From Sminthopsis crassicaudata (lineage: Eukaryota): a stretch of DNA of 64,000 nucleotides. Location of the stretch: positions 299,035,146 through 299,099,145 of the forward strand of contig NC_133621.1 in assembly GCF_048593235.1 (NCBI RefSeq), written 5' to 3'. A program made the position numbers and the translations under genes. Positions 49,121 through 62,750 of this stretch are shown piece by piece. The notes beneath the pieces are model-generated. The model made no database searches. It was not told the DNA's origin and saw only the letters and a program-made list of their open reading frames with translations. The first letter of the stretch is position 1, and each line of letters begins with the position of its first letter.

Positions 49121-50049
49121 AAGAATTGTATAAAGACACTTGGGAAGAGTACTACATCTCTTTTCGCATATTCAGGAAACTGCACCTGCTGACTCCCCCT
49201 CCCAACTTGGACAGTTCCTAATCTTTCCCTCAATTAAAAAATCATGTACTATCTGATACCCTAACGCAATAATTGTTTTTAAGTAATTGGCTCTATTTGA
49301 ACAATAAGTTTTCATGTTTAAAAATCTGTCTTCCCTTGTATTTAGGGCACAATCTTTAACATGTGGAATCAGCCTGGTCCAGGTTTGTTGGGTAATTGCC
49401 AGACATTCCTTAATACATCTATAGCTTTGAAAAACTGAACCTTTGTGTCCTCAGTCATTTAATCATTCACCCATAACATGATGATGCTAAGATTTTTAAT
49501 CTCCCTTTTATAGAGAAGGAAACTGAGATTCAGAGTGGAGATAGGACTTGCCCATGGATCACGTGGATCACAGTGCAGGGGGTGAGGAAGTATGGAGATG
49601 CCAGGACTAAGGGGGAAGTGAAGGGAATGGAATCAGGCTCAGAATGTGAGGCATGTGGAGTTGGTGGGAGGCTTGGGAGAAGGGGAGCTGCATCTTTTCT
49701 GCCCTACTCACTGCTGGGAGCTCTCTCCCCAAGTGATCACCAGGCATTTTCCTTTGTTGAAAGTATTCAAGGAAAACTCAAATGATATCTTGGAGGGAAG
49801 GTTTTTCAAAGTTTTATTTTATGTAAATAGATGTATGAAATCTCCTCCAAGTGCAGATTTGATAATTCTGCAAAAGAGTAGTGACAAGGACCCAATCTGT
49901 GATTAAATGATGGCTCATTCTCGTAGGAATCAATTGGTTCATCTTTTGCCCAGATCCTGTTGTTGAATTGAATGGACTGGTCCATCTCCACTTTTCCCAA
50001 ATTCTTCCTGGTTCTGCCTCTGAGGCTGAGTGGGACCAGGCTAATTCCT

Positions 50050-52681
50050 GTCCTGTTGGCCCCTAGCCTAGGTCCCATTCTCTGGCAGCACCCAGAAACC
50101 TCACTGGGTTATTTACCACTCCTTGTCCTGGGGTGGCACATTAGGGCTTCCTGAGGAGCCTCAGTTGGCCTTCCTTCAAGCTCATGATACAAACAGGGAA
50201 GAGAGTGATTTCTGACAATGGACCAGAAGATCACAACCTCAGCTTCAGGTACATTTTTATTTTATTTTATTTTATTTTATTTTATTTTATTTTATTTTAT
50301 TTTATTTTATTTTATTTTATTTTATTTTAGAATTCAAAGTTGTTTTTTTTTAGAATTTTTTTCACAGTATATATGCATGAGTAATTTTTTTGTAACATTA
50401 TCCCTTGTACTCATTTTTCCAAATTATCCCCTCCCTCCCTCTACTCCCTCCCCCCCGATGACAGGCAATCCCATACATTTTACATGTATTACAATAAAAC
50501 CTAGATACAATATATGGGTGTAAATATTCAGGTACATTTTTAGACTTTCTATTTTTGTATTTAGGGACATGGAGGAAATTCAAGGAGCTTCTGTATGGCT
50601 GGAGACAGGCACAAAGCCCTGGTGCTGCCCAAAGACATTGGAGAGACTCCCCGATCCCTCATCCCAGGGGGAGACCAATCTGCTTCCCTGCCCTCCTTCT
50701 ACCCACCTCACTCTTCAGCGAACCTCCTCAAACTCAGTAATCACCTGGGTTAGTTACTCTCATCTTGGCAACTAGGTTTCCCTATTTGTAAAACTTGCAT
50801 GCTTTAACCATGTGATAGAGTGGAAAGAGCACTGGCCATGGGGTCAGAGGCCCTGCTACAAGGCCTGGCCCAGCTCCTCACTACCCAAGTGACCCCCAGC
50901 TCTCACTTTGGGCAGCGGTTAAGAAACCCGATGGTCTCTTTGGTCCCTCAGGATTATAATGTTGTCTGATGAGGATTTCTGCCTTCAGATGGACTCTTTG
51001 GAGGCCAGGGGGCTGACTCTCACCCAGCCTTCTTCCAACTGACCCCTTCCCTTCTAGACGATATCACAATTTGGTTCTCTCTAAAATTAGTTTTGCATAG
51101 TCTCCCCCAATCTCTCCACCACTCTCTCTAATCCCATCTTTCAAAGGACATTTTTCTTGGGGGGAGGCGGAATGTGGAGGGGAAGTGATCAAAGAGTTGT
51201 TCCCATGTGGATTGGCTGCTGGCCCAGCCCCAGAGATAAGGCCTTTTGTGCTCTGTGTGGACTCCAAGTGCCTGAATGGGGCTGAGGAGGGGTGGGGTGA
51301 GAGTGTGACTGGCAGAGTAGGGGGAGGGCTCAGCTGAAGCCCTGGACTGGACCACATATTTGAAGGGGCTGATACTTCCTTGACTTAGCATCGCTGCAGT
51401 GGAGTTGGACCTTGTCCTTCAGGGACCGAGCTCAGCCACAAGAATCACCGGAGTATTTCTCATCCTTCATCATGGTCAAGGTGAATGCGCCAGAGGGTAC
51501 ATAGACCGAGAGTGTCTTTGCACATACAGGGTATGGGCTGAGGGTCCAGGTGTATCATCTGAAGTTAGGGCTTGGGAAGAAGCTGGGAGATATGAGAAGG
51601 GAGTGTCGGGATACTCTATCCTTCCTTTCTCTCTCCTTCCCTATCCCCTCATCCTTATTTTATTGACCCTTAAAAAAATATTCCCAGCTTCACCTTACAC
51701 CTGTGGGCTATCCATGGCCACTGACCCCAAGGTCTATCACAAGCTGCTAAGTCCAGACAGATCCTGGAGAAAGGGGAACAAGGGGAAAGTGGGAGTTGCC
51801 ATGGATTAAAATTAAGGTGTCCCCTGACTCTCAGAGGCTGCACTTGAGTGGGGTTTGGTAAGTAGGATGTAGGAGGATTCCCTTCCTGGAGTAAAGAGAG
51901 CAAGAAGAGAGGGAGACAGGTAGAGCTCGATCTTCAGACTTTCTGGAATGAATGACTGTCTTACAGAGTTAACTCCAGCCTATCCTGGTGGTACAGGAAG
52001 TGTCCTGGCTGAAGGGGATCCATTAGAAAGACCACAGACTGGGGCAGAGGGGAAAGTGACTCACTGGATCCTTCCAAAGTCTAACCTCCATCTCCCCTTT
52101 AAAAATAAAACCTCATTAACCTCATAAATAACTTTCTTGCCTGTTGTCTAGGAAGCCAACTCAGAAGACTCCCCTCACCCTTCCCCCCAATTATTCTCTG
52201 TTGGTTTAGAACATGAAGGGACCCCACATCTGTGCATCCCTGGTTCCCTTAAGTTTCTCCAAAAAAAGCATTGGAAAAGCCAAATGCCTTTACCTTGGAG
52301 TTTCTGCCAAAGTCAGCTTGATTCCTCATGCAAACTAGCCTGAAGGCTTCCTAGAATCTTCCTGAACCGTGGCTGCTTCCCAGTAGATGCTCTGGGTCCC
52401 CTCAGGTTCCAGCCAGTTCCAACCTTCCTCTATTTGGTCTGTTTTAGGAAATGATGGTCTTTAACTTCCAAGTACTATCTGGAGGGACTATAAAAATAGA
52501 AGGAGAGATTCCACCCGATGCCAAGCAGTAAGTGGGAGGTGGGACACAACAATTAATCCCGAATGAAAGCTGAATATGTGAGCCCCCTGCTTGCACTTCA
52601 CCTTGATCAGAAGCACCCACCTGGCTTTGCCTTGTGCCCAAGTAGCAGAGCCAGGACTCAGCATCAGGGGAAACTTCCCAA
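50050..52681 (+). repeat. Recent segmental duplication, G5 block versus G6 block (61620-64000)
   Basis: Long near-identical stretches, e.g. 50545-51540 versus 61825-62820, and intron 2 52528-52681 identical to 63847-64000. Upstream homology also 46600-47400 versus 58710-59440. ATG-to-ATG period 11279 bp. Confidence 0.92.
50259..50526 (-). mobile_element. L1 3' tail with (TTTTA)n microsatellite, specific to the G5 copy
   Basis: TSD TTCAGGTACATTTTT at 50244-50258 and 50527-50541. The paralogous site near 61812 is empty. Confidence 0.92.
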
Positions 52682-53749
52682 CAGAAGCCATCCAGTAGCT
52701 AGAGTGGACAGTTTCATAGGTGGTGAGCTCTCTGCCTCTGAAAATAGTTCAACATGAAGGTGGTTACTTGTTAGATGGGGTGGGAGGGTGCCTATAGAAG
52801 TGAAGTCCTGGTGCTTTGGGCCAGGATTGGGGGATTGTTCCTTTGAGACTCTTCCATCTCAGGGATTCTCTGAGTGGAATTTCCCAAGGTGCTGTGCTGC
52901 ATGCCAGTGATGGAGGTGTATACTCAATTACCAGATTTAAACTGAAAGTGGGTGAGGACTATACTAACATTGGCATTCAAGTCAACCCAATCTTCAACCA
53001 TGAAGGGAAGACCAAAGTTATCTGCTACAACTACATGGACAAAAGCTGGTGGGGAGAAGAGGAGAAGACCACCAATTTCCCCTTTGTGCCAGGGAGCAGA
53101 GTGGAGGTAAGACCCCAGTATCGGGACATGGAACGTTCCACCTGAAAAAGACCCAAAAAGTGATCTTATCTACCCCCTGCATTTGAAAGAAGAGGCCTGG
53201 AAGCAAACCGATGGGGAAAAGATGAAAAGCTAGAGGGGAGAAGGGTCAGTGAGTTTTGCAAAGGTCGGTGCCAGGGAGCCCAGCAACCCTTGAGTTGAGT
53301 GGGTTGGTAGGGGAAAGGATTGTGAAGGGTTGGGGTCCCAATAGAAGTAGAGCAAACTCTGGGTTGTCCCATGACACATAATAGGAACCCAGATTTCAAG
53401 TTGAAAGGAACCTCAGGAGCCATCTAATTTGACCCCCTCATTTTACAGAGGGGGAAACTGAGGTTCACAATAAAGAAATTATTTACCCAAAAGCCACACT
53501 GTGTCTTGTAGTGAGTATTTTGAGTTGGAATTTAAACCCCAGTCCCTCTGTCTTTAAGCCCAGGGCTTTGGGTTCACTTCTTTCTACCTTCTCCCCATTC
53601 AGATTTCCATCACCTTTAATGGGTTTGGATTCACTGCAATTCTACCTAAAGATGTTCAAATACATGTACCCAATCGCCTTAAATTAAATGCTGCCACCTT
53701 CTTGCAAACTACTGGTGACTTCAAAGTCAGAAAGGTGACTTTTGATTGA
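51472..53749 (+). CDS. G5: galectin-1-like protein, 135 aa, non-canonical binding site
   Basis: Exons 51472-51480 (ATGGTCAAG|gtgaat), 52448-52527, 52935-53106, 53603-53749. Protein MVKEMMVFNFQVLSGGTIKIEGEIPPDAKQFKLKVGEDYTNIGIQVNPIFNHEGKTKVICYNYMDKSWWGEEEKTTNFPFVPGSRVEISITFNGFGFTAILPKDVQIHVPNRLKLNAATFLQTTGDFKVRKVTFD. AATAAA at 53807. Confidence 0.9.
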
Positions 53750-55214
53750 GCTCTTCAATCAAGCTGGCTGCACACCGTTCTTGTCTCTTGTGGCTCTCTT
53801 ATTACTAATAAAAATGCTGCTGCTGATGACAATTGATATTGTGTTTTTCTGGTCTGGGGGATGAAGGGCTGAGTATGGAGTTGGGGAGGATGACCCTGAA
53901 CTAGCCCCTTCAGTTCAATGGCCCTTTGGTGATTCTCCACTAGGATCCATGGTTCATTTTTAGAGAGGAAAAAAAATGGAATCTTCCTAAGATTTTTCCT
54001 ACTATTGCTCTGAAATTTTAACATATTAAAAATTCTTGTACTTCATACAATATTACTTCCCTTTTAATTAGGTAAGGGAAGGAAGGGTCAGAAGTATGGG
54101 AACATGGAATTTAAAAAATATTGAAAATATTTAAATAAAATTTTCACAAGATGAAAATATAAGAAGACATTATTGTGAGAAGAGCTTGCCCAGACTGTCA
54201 GGAATCCAGGCCATCACGCAAAGGTGACAAACATTTAGGAGCCTCCACAATCCCTGATTACCAATGGAAAATGAATTTTCCAGAGTAATAAGCTCAGGGG
54301 AACTTCTGTTTATTAGGGAAGGGAGGGGACCAGACCTCAGACTCTGGAAAGCTGCTAAATCCAAACCATAGAAGCCCTGTGTTCTTTTGAGGATCAGCCA
54401 AAGAAGCTCAGGGAGATCTGCAAACGTGATGGGAGGATATTAGGAAAAGACTCTCTGGCTCTGGAGTCAGAGATATAGGGCTTGAATTTGATCTCTGACA
54501 CTCACTGCCTAGATGACCTTGGAGAAGTCCCTGGGCCTCAGGTTCCTCAGGGATAAAATGAAGAGCTTGGTCTCCTAGATCCTTCCATTTTTCTAAATTG
54601 TGCTCCCAGGGGTCCAAGTTATTCTTCAGCCTCAGTTTCCTCCTCTGTTTCCTTGGGGATGCTTTCTTCAGGGCTTTCCTGTCCTTTACCTTGGCCCCAG
54701 TGTCTTTCTACAACTGTCACTCCATTCCCCCCAAATTCTGAAAAACCCTGGCGAGGGAAATTTGAGAGAGACAGGGGGAGTTAACTAGAATTATAAGTGA
54801 AAGTGGGGCTGGGGACAGGGACACCAAATCTCAGGGATAAACAAACTGAATCTTGAAGATAGATTAGATCTTAGAAGGGCTCAAGGGACCATCTACATAG
54901 TCTGTCCTGCCTTCTTCAGAGAGAGCGCTTATGGCCATTTGTTGGAGGAAAAGGACCACTAGGACCTGTCAGAGCCCAGATGGAGGAGGAGCATCAACCA
55001 GAGTAGGGTGACTGACCTCCTAGCTCCATTGTGGCTGCCCTGTCTCACCTGTGAGGAAGGAGAAGGTAGGAGAGATGAGGTTTACAATCTTGGCATTGGC
55101 ATTGGCAGGGCAGTGCAACCTAGGGTTATCACATAAAATAGGTATCATGACCCATTATGGAGGAGAAAAAGTTCAACTGCAAGACTCTGATCTCCCAAAG
55201 GTAACTCCTCCCCT

Positions 55215-58200
55215 AGTTGGTTGGCTTCCTTTGTTCTTAAAGAGGATCAAGATGACATTACTATTTTAAAGTCAAAGTACATTGTGTCCAGCTGTGGCCA
55301 AACATATTCAGAGAAACTCAGAATGAACATTTGGGGTGGATTCTCTAAATCTACGTATCTCAGATTTCGATGGAGCTACTTCAGTTCCATGATGGGCAGT
55401 CCTGCTGTCTTCCATATCACACAATCTCTGACATTCTTCAGAGCGCCCTGGAGAGTGTCTTTGTATCATTTTTAGCCACTCTCTGAGCACCTGCCTTATG
55501 CGGATTCGCAGTAAAATCATCAATCATCAAAAAATCAGTCAAGCATATTTTGCATTCAAACAAAGTGGCCATCCCATCATTGTTGTTCTTCCTGTAGCAG
55601 AATGTGCATGCTCGGCAGTTCAGTTCATGAAAGTTCCTCAGTATCCGGTACCTTTTCCTATCAGGTGAACTTGAGCATCTTCCCAAGATAATTCAAATAA
55701 AAGAGATTCAATTTCCTGGCAAATGAATTCCCCATTCATTTTCTGGGCCATTGTAACAGTAAGAGGATACGGTTATCCTTTCCAGATTTCATAGACATAC
55801 AACAGTCAGGTCAACACAATGGCCCTGTGGAAACTTCATTTGGAGAGTTAGTCTTCTCACCCACATTTTTCTTCAGAATCCCCAAATACTAAGCTAGCTC
55901 TGGCAATGCATGCATCAGCCTCATCATCAGTACCTACATTCCTGGAAAATAAATTGTCAAGTTAAGTGAACTTATCCACAATTTTTAAAAGTTAACCAAT
56001 GTTTTCACGTATGGATGGTGTGGTGGGTGGAACACCTGTGTTATCTTGGTGTAAATTGTTGGTCCAGAATGAGCACAATTAACAGAAAACCAATCCATGA
56101 TGCTTTAGAGGCCACACTGAATACACAATTATCTGTGAACAAAAAATCAGGCATCAACTCTCCTCCCCCCTTTAGTCTTAATTTGGAGCCTTTTCAAGAA
56201 AAATAATTTACCATCATTGCAGTAGCTGACCTTGACACTGTGTTCCTCCACAATGATGGTGTCTGACCCCATTGGTGACAACATCATGCTAAAAAGCAGA
56301 GGAACAAGCACACAGCCTTATTCATATAACTGGTGAATGGAAAAGCTCTAGTTTATTGTCCATTATCCAGAATCGGAGCAAGCATGCCATCATGAGACGG
56401 TCATTCAAGACAGATGAACTATTCAAGGGCAACCAAATTTTGCCATGATCTCCCATAAGCTTTCATGATTGGTAGTATCCAAGGTCCAAGTCAGATGCAC
56501 GAATGTTGTGTACAAATCTCTGCTCTGTTCCTAATATTGCTCCTGAAACTTTCCAATGGTAAACATGATATAGATTGTTCCTTGGCCCTTTCTGAAACCA
56601 CACTGGCTCTGCATGACTATCCAGGTAAAGGATCGGTCTATTAAGGAGAACTCTGACAAGAGACACATTGCCAAAGATCAAGAGGGAGATGCTCCCTGTG
56701 ATTGTCACAGAACAACTATTTCCTTTATCGTTATAGAAATGGAGACATCTGTGAATTCCTGGGGGATAACCTCCTCTTTTCATATAGCTTGGGAGATTTC
56801 AGCAGTGTTGATATGAACAATGGACCCCACAACCTATAGAGAATCACCTTATAAATCTCACCTGGAATAAGTGCACCAGACTATTCACAACAGGTAAGGA
56901 GCCTAATGGTCTTCTAAACTTCTTCAGTTGGAAATTGGATAGAGAAAGACTGACTTCGACCTAAGTTATACAGTCAATGAATCAGCCTTCACTGATGAAG
57001 GTCTATTGAGAATACTATAGAAGTATTCAGCCCAAGTGTCCAGCATCATATCCTTGATGTTTGCCAGTGCTGATACTCAGATGAGTAAAGACTTATGATT
57101 TTCTGAAAGCTGCCCATTCCTTTTCTGCTCCACTGGTAACGACCCCATGTTGGCTCAAATTTCTCTCCAATTTAGCAACAAATTGTTCATGTTCAGAGAA
57201 GCCTTCTCATCTGTTGACATTGTCTTCTGGTAGTCATATTGCCTTGGGACTGGTACTTTTGTTGAATGTGAATATTTATCTTGGAGAAGATAAGTCTATG
57301 ATCAGTCCAGCACAATGCAACATGCATAGTTTTTGTCACTCCCCAGTGTAAAATAGTCTGCAAAATGCCAATATTTGTTTTGAGGGTGCATCCACAAAGT
57401 GTATTGCATTTAGATAAATGAAAAACAGTGCAGGTGATGAGAAGGGCATGAGATGCATAAATCTTTAGTAGTGAATGAATAGCAGTTGCTGTTTCCAACT
57501 CCAATCTTCCCAAGGACTCCCCCCTACATCTGATAGTCTGTGCCTTGTTTAGCATGAAAATCATGCAAAATTTTAAGCTATTCCTTTTAGCACAATGATG
57601 AAGACCTTACCAGGTCTTCATAAAATTATTCTTTAACCACATCATGAAGGGAATAAAGGCATTGATAATGGAGGCGAAGCACTTTTCTGCAAATGGCAAT
57701 TCCATTATCATCAGCCTACCATTCAGGCCTTTTTGGAGGCATACAAATTTGTTGGCTAATATTGGTTTGGAAGGCAATACCAGTTCACAGTGCTTCCTTT
57801 TACTGTGGCTGCTTCAGAAAAACATGGATACAAATATAACTGCCAGCTTTCTTTTACTCAGGGTTGCTTTTTGGATCTGATAACTGCTAAGTTCTCTCCC
57901 AACAAGAATTATTCTTCATTCTGGTCTATTGGATATCTTGTTGTCCATAAGTCTATGAACATTCTGTGTAGCAATGGTGTACAGAATCATCTTTGGAGAA
58001 TTTTTTATGCATTTATTTTTCTGTTTCAACTGCAGAGTGAGACTCTCCCCTACTGAAGGAAATAGGCCAAGTTTGGATAAAGAGGCAATTTTTAGGGCAT
58101 CTTTCTATCCCCTTCCTTATCCCAGAAGGTGAACAGTGCAGACTTTAAAAGGCAGCACAGACATCCAGGGCTGTGGAATGCCACTACTACTTTCAGTAAG

Positions 58201-58760
58201 AAGATGAACCTATGACCTGGTCCACTTGTGTGGTTCTGACTATAGAGCCCAGAAAAAATGGTAAGATGATATGGGTCATGTCTTTTGATTCTTTCACTCT
58301 CTCTTCCAGAGTCATGACAGTCCAGTGGAAAGACAAGATCAAGATGACTGGTCATAGTTCCAGATACAGTGGATGATCTTGGTGTCTTCTACATGTAATG
58401 AAGCTCTAATCAATCCATAGTACCTGTTTCAGCTGCCTTCATGGCCATTGCCAACATCCAACAATCCCACCAAGGGAGATCTTCACATGTATGGGATAGA
58501 TACCCTCCTCATTCACTAAATCATTTGATACCCCGCAGTCACCCTCAACCTGGTTTAGCCCATCGGTCAAAAACAATTGCCTAGGAGTGCCACTGCACAT
58601 GCTACAGCTTCTTGGAGCCACAGCTGACAGGTGGCTAGGTCACATAGACACCAAAAAGTTAATAAGCAGCCCTGAGACGGGCTGAGGAACCTTTGAACCT
58701 CAACAAGCCTTCTATGGACATACCCTACACCTCCACCCCTAGCTGAGGGAATCAAGCTCA
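55215..58760 (-). mobile_element. Near full-length degraded RTE LINE (about 3.5 kb)
   Basis: Minus strand gives LWEIMAKFGC (about 56430-56460) and HDGMLA...DNGQ (about 56350-56400) RT motifs. Endonuclease-region remnants at 57200-58200. Many stops and frameshifts. Confidence 0.85.
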
Positions 58761-59443
58761 AAACTAGGAGGGGAAGGAGAGTGTCTACCTGGCCAAGTAT
58801 TTAATCAATCAGCAATGTCCTAAGACCAAGGCCTCAGGGGGCTTATGTTCTACCATGTGCTAATTTGTTGTTCTTATTGCGGCTGTTTTTTAAACATAAA
58901 TTGTGTTAAATGGTTTGAATGAAATGCCTCCTGGGCTCAAGAAGAAGAATGTTCTCCACAATTCACAATGACCATTAGTAACGATCTCTGTTCAGCTCTA
59001 CCTAGGGCTTGGAGGATTGCATGATGTCTTCACTCAAGTAGGGATGGGAAAGTATTTCTACCCTCAGAAACGTGTTCTCATCTTTCCACAATCTCTTCTC
59101 TGGGAGCTAGGCAGAGATTATCCTCCCTAAGATCAAAGCAAACTGAGTTTGTGAATTGGTCGGTGTGAGCCCTTCTTTTTCCAAAGGGATCAAAATGACA
59201 TCACTCTGTGAGAGATAAGGTGCAGTGTGTTCAGCTGTTCCTGGAGAGACCAGTAGGAACTCAGAATGCTTTACCATAGATCAGGCCCAAATAGTCCCTA
59301 TAACCAACTCCTATTTCTAAAGGGAGTTAAAATTTCAAAGTATTTCCCATTTTAAAGTATCTCTTTGATCATTTTAAAAGACAACAGGTAATTTTCCAAG
59401 TTAGACTTTCATGAATTATTTCTTTTAAGATTTTTACATCAGG

Positions 59444-60283
59444 AATGTTGGAGGGGATATGGGAAAACTGGGACACTGATGCGTTGTTGGTGGAGGTGTG
59501 AAAGAATCCAACCTTTTGGAGACCAATCTGGAATTGTGCCCAAAAAGTTATCAAACTGTGCATACCCTTTGATCCAGCAGTTTTACTTATATCCCAAGGA
59601 AATACTAAAGAAGGGAAAGGGACCTGTATGTGCCAAAATGTTTGTGGCAGCTCTTTTCATAGTGGCTAGAAACTGGAAGATGAATGGATGTCCATCAGTT
59701 GGAGAATGGTTGGGTAAATTGTGGTATATGAAGGTTATGGAATATTATTGTTCTGTAAGAAATGACCAGCAGGAGGAATACAGAGAGGCCTGGAGAGACT
59801 TACATCAACTGATGCTAAGTGAAACGAGCAGAACTAGGGGATCATTATACACTTCAACAATGATACTGTACGAGGATGTATGCTGATGGAAGTGGATATC
59901 TTCAACATAGAGAAGAGCTAATCCAATTCCAATTGATCAATGATGGACAGAATCAGTTACACCCAGAGAAGGAACACTGGGAAATGAGTGTAAACTGAGC
60001 ATTTTTTGTTTTTCTCCCCAGATTATTTTTACCTTCCGAATCCAATCCTTCCTTTGCAACAACAACAACAAAATTCGGTTCTGCACATATATATATTGTA
60101 CCTAGGATATACTATAAGATACTTAATATGTATGGGAATGCCTGCCATCTAGGGGAGGGGGTGGAGGGAAGGAGGGGAAAAATTCGGAACAGAAGGGAGT
60201 ACAAGGGATAATGTTGTAAATAAATTACCTATGCATTAAAAAATGTTATAATTATAAAATTAATTTAAAAAATTAAAAAAAAA
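59444..60283 (+). mobile_element. Young 5'-truncated L1 specific to the G6 copy
   Basis: ORF 59479-59886 is L1 ORF2 C-terminus. TSD TTACATCAGG at 59434-59443 and 60284-60293. The paralogous site near 47355 (TTTTTACATCAGGTACAGAAATGAGG) is empty. Confidence 0.93.
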
Positions 60284-62750
60284 TTACATCAGGTACAGAA
60301 ATGAGGTAAAGAAACAACAGCAAGTGGTATATAATGTGAGAAATCAGCCTGGTCCAGGTTTATGGAGTAATTGCCAGACATTGCTTAATATATCTATAAT
60401 CTTGAAAAACTGAATCTTTGTGTCCTCGGTCATATAATCATTCAGCCATAACAACTAGGAAGGAGGATAGTGCAAGGATTTTTATCTCCTTTTTATAGAG
60501 AAAAGAAAACTGAGATTCAGAGCGGAGATATGATATGCCCGTGAGTCACACAACTGGCAGAACAAGAGGTGATGGAGTAGGGAGATGCCAGGACTGAGGG
60601 GGAGGTGAAGGGGCTGGAATCAGGCTCAGGATATGAGGTATATGGAGTTGGTGGAAGACCTGGGAGGAGGGGAGCTGTGTCTGTCTCTCTGCTCACTACT
60701 GGGGGCTCCCTCTGACTGGTGATGATGGTTTTTATTTCTCCAATTTCTCCAAGGTTTATGTATTGCTCCTCTTGACCTTGAAATAAATGGTGGGAGAAGG
60801 GTGTTGGGCTTTGGTAGCTGACCCTTGGTTGCAAATTCAGAGGGACTGTCCTATAGAACATGATTTAGCTTGGTCTTGCTCATCCTCACAGGAAGAACCA
60901 GAAGGAATTTGGAAAAGTGCAGAGGGGGACCAGTCCATTCAGTTAGATAACGGGAACTGGCCAGAAATAGAACTAGTTGATCCCAAAGAGAATGATTTTC
61001 CCATTATTAGAGATATTCATGGGAAATCTAGCAGACAGCATGGAAGGAAGGTTTCAAAGGTATAGTTTATGTAAATATGCAGATTTGATGCTTCTGCAAA
61101 AGGATAGGGACAGGGATCCAATCTGTCATGACGTGGTATGTATAAGGAACTGCCAAGTAAGGAAACTCTCCTTTTCTCGGCCTTATCCAATACAAATCAG
61201 CACCAACACGGAAACTTAAAGTCTTTTGACTGGTTTGTGTCATCGACCTTCAGGGCAGCCTAGTGAAACCCTTCTGAGAAAAATTTTAGGTTTTAGATAG
61301 GAAGAGGAAATAGAACATTTCAATGAAAATAAATTTGTAGTTTCTTTTTCCCTTTTCAAGTTCACAAATTCCTTGGAAGCTATTGATGGATGCTGGGAAG
61401 CATTGTGAGCCTCGGCCTCAGGTTAAGATTTGCAGCTGTAAATTCTGGCCTTCAGGTTCACCTCAAGAAAGAAACAAGAGGCAAGCGGGGAAAAGGGTCT
61501 CATACTCCCCCTTCCCTCCCTCAACCATCCCCATTTGGCTTAATGGAATTCCAGGGCCTCTAATCTCTGACTCTCTACCTCTTTTTCACTGGGTCTCAAT
61601 GACAAGAAATGGGTCTACAAGTGTCTAAGCCCTAGCCTGGGTCCCATTCTCTGGCAGCACTCAGGGACCTCGTTGGGTTACTTAGCACTCCTTTCCTTGA
61701 GCTGGTAAGGCAGGGCTTTGAGTTACCTCAGTTTGCCTTCCTGCAACCTCATGATACAAACAGGGAAGAGAGTGATTTCTGACAATGGACCGGAAGATCA
61801 CAACCTAAGCTTCAGGTACATTTTTAGACTTTCTATTTTTGTATTTAGAGACATGGAGGAAATTCAAGGAGCTTCTGTATGGCTGGAGACAGGCACAAAG
61901 CCCTGGTGCTGTCCAAAGACATTGGAGAGACTCCCCGATCCCTCATCCCAGATGGAGACCAATCTGCTTTCATGTCCTCCTTCTACCCACCTCACTCTTC
62001 AACGAACCTCCTCAAACTCAGTAATCACCTGGGTAAGTTACTCTCATCTTGGCAACTAGGTTTCCCTATTTGTAAAACTTGCATGCTTTAACCATGTGAT
62101 AGAGTGGAAAGAGCACTGGCCATGGGGTCAGAGGCCCTGCTACAAGGCCTGGCCCAGCTCCTCACTACCCAAGTGACCCCCAGCTCTCACTTTGGGCAGC
62201 GGTTAAGAAACCCGATGGTCTCTTTGGTCCCTCAGGATTATAATGTTGTCTGATGAGGATTTCTGCCTTCAGATGGACTCTTTGGAGGCCAGGGGGCTGA
62301 CTCTCACCCAGCCTTCTTCCAACTGACCCCTTCCCTTCTAGACGATATCACAATTTGGTTCTCTCTAAAATTAGTTTTGCATAGTCTCCCCCAATCTCTC
62401 CACCACTCTCTCTAATCCCATCTTTCAAAGGACATTGGGGGGGGGGCGGAATGTGGAGGGGAAGTGATCAAAGAGTTGTTCCCATGTGGATTGGCTGCTG
62501 GCCCAGCCCCAGAGATAAGGCCTTTTGTGCTCTGTGTGGACTCCAAGTGCCTGAATGGGGCTGAGGAGGGGTGGGGTGAGAGTGTGACTGGCAGAGTAGG
62601 GGGAGGGCTCAGCTGAAGCCCTGGACTGGACCACATATTTGAAGGGGCTGATACTTCCTTGACTTAGCATCTCTGCAGTGGAGTTGGACCTTGTCCTTCA
62701 GGGACGGAGCTCAGCCACAAGAATCACCGGAGTATTTCTCATCCTTCATC

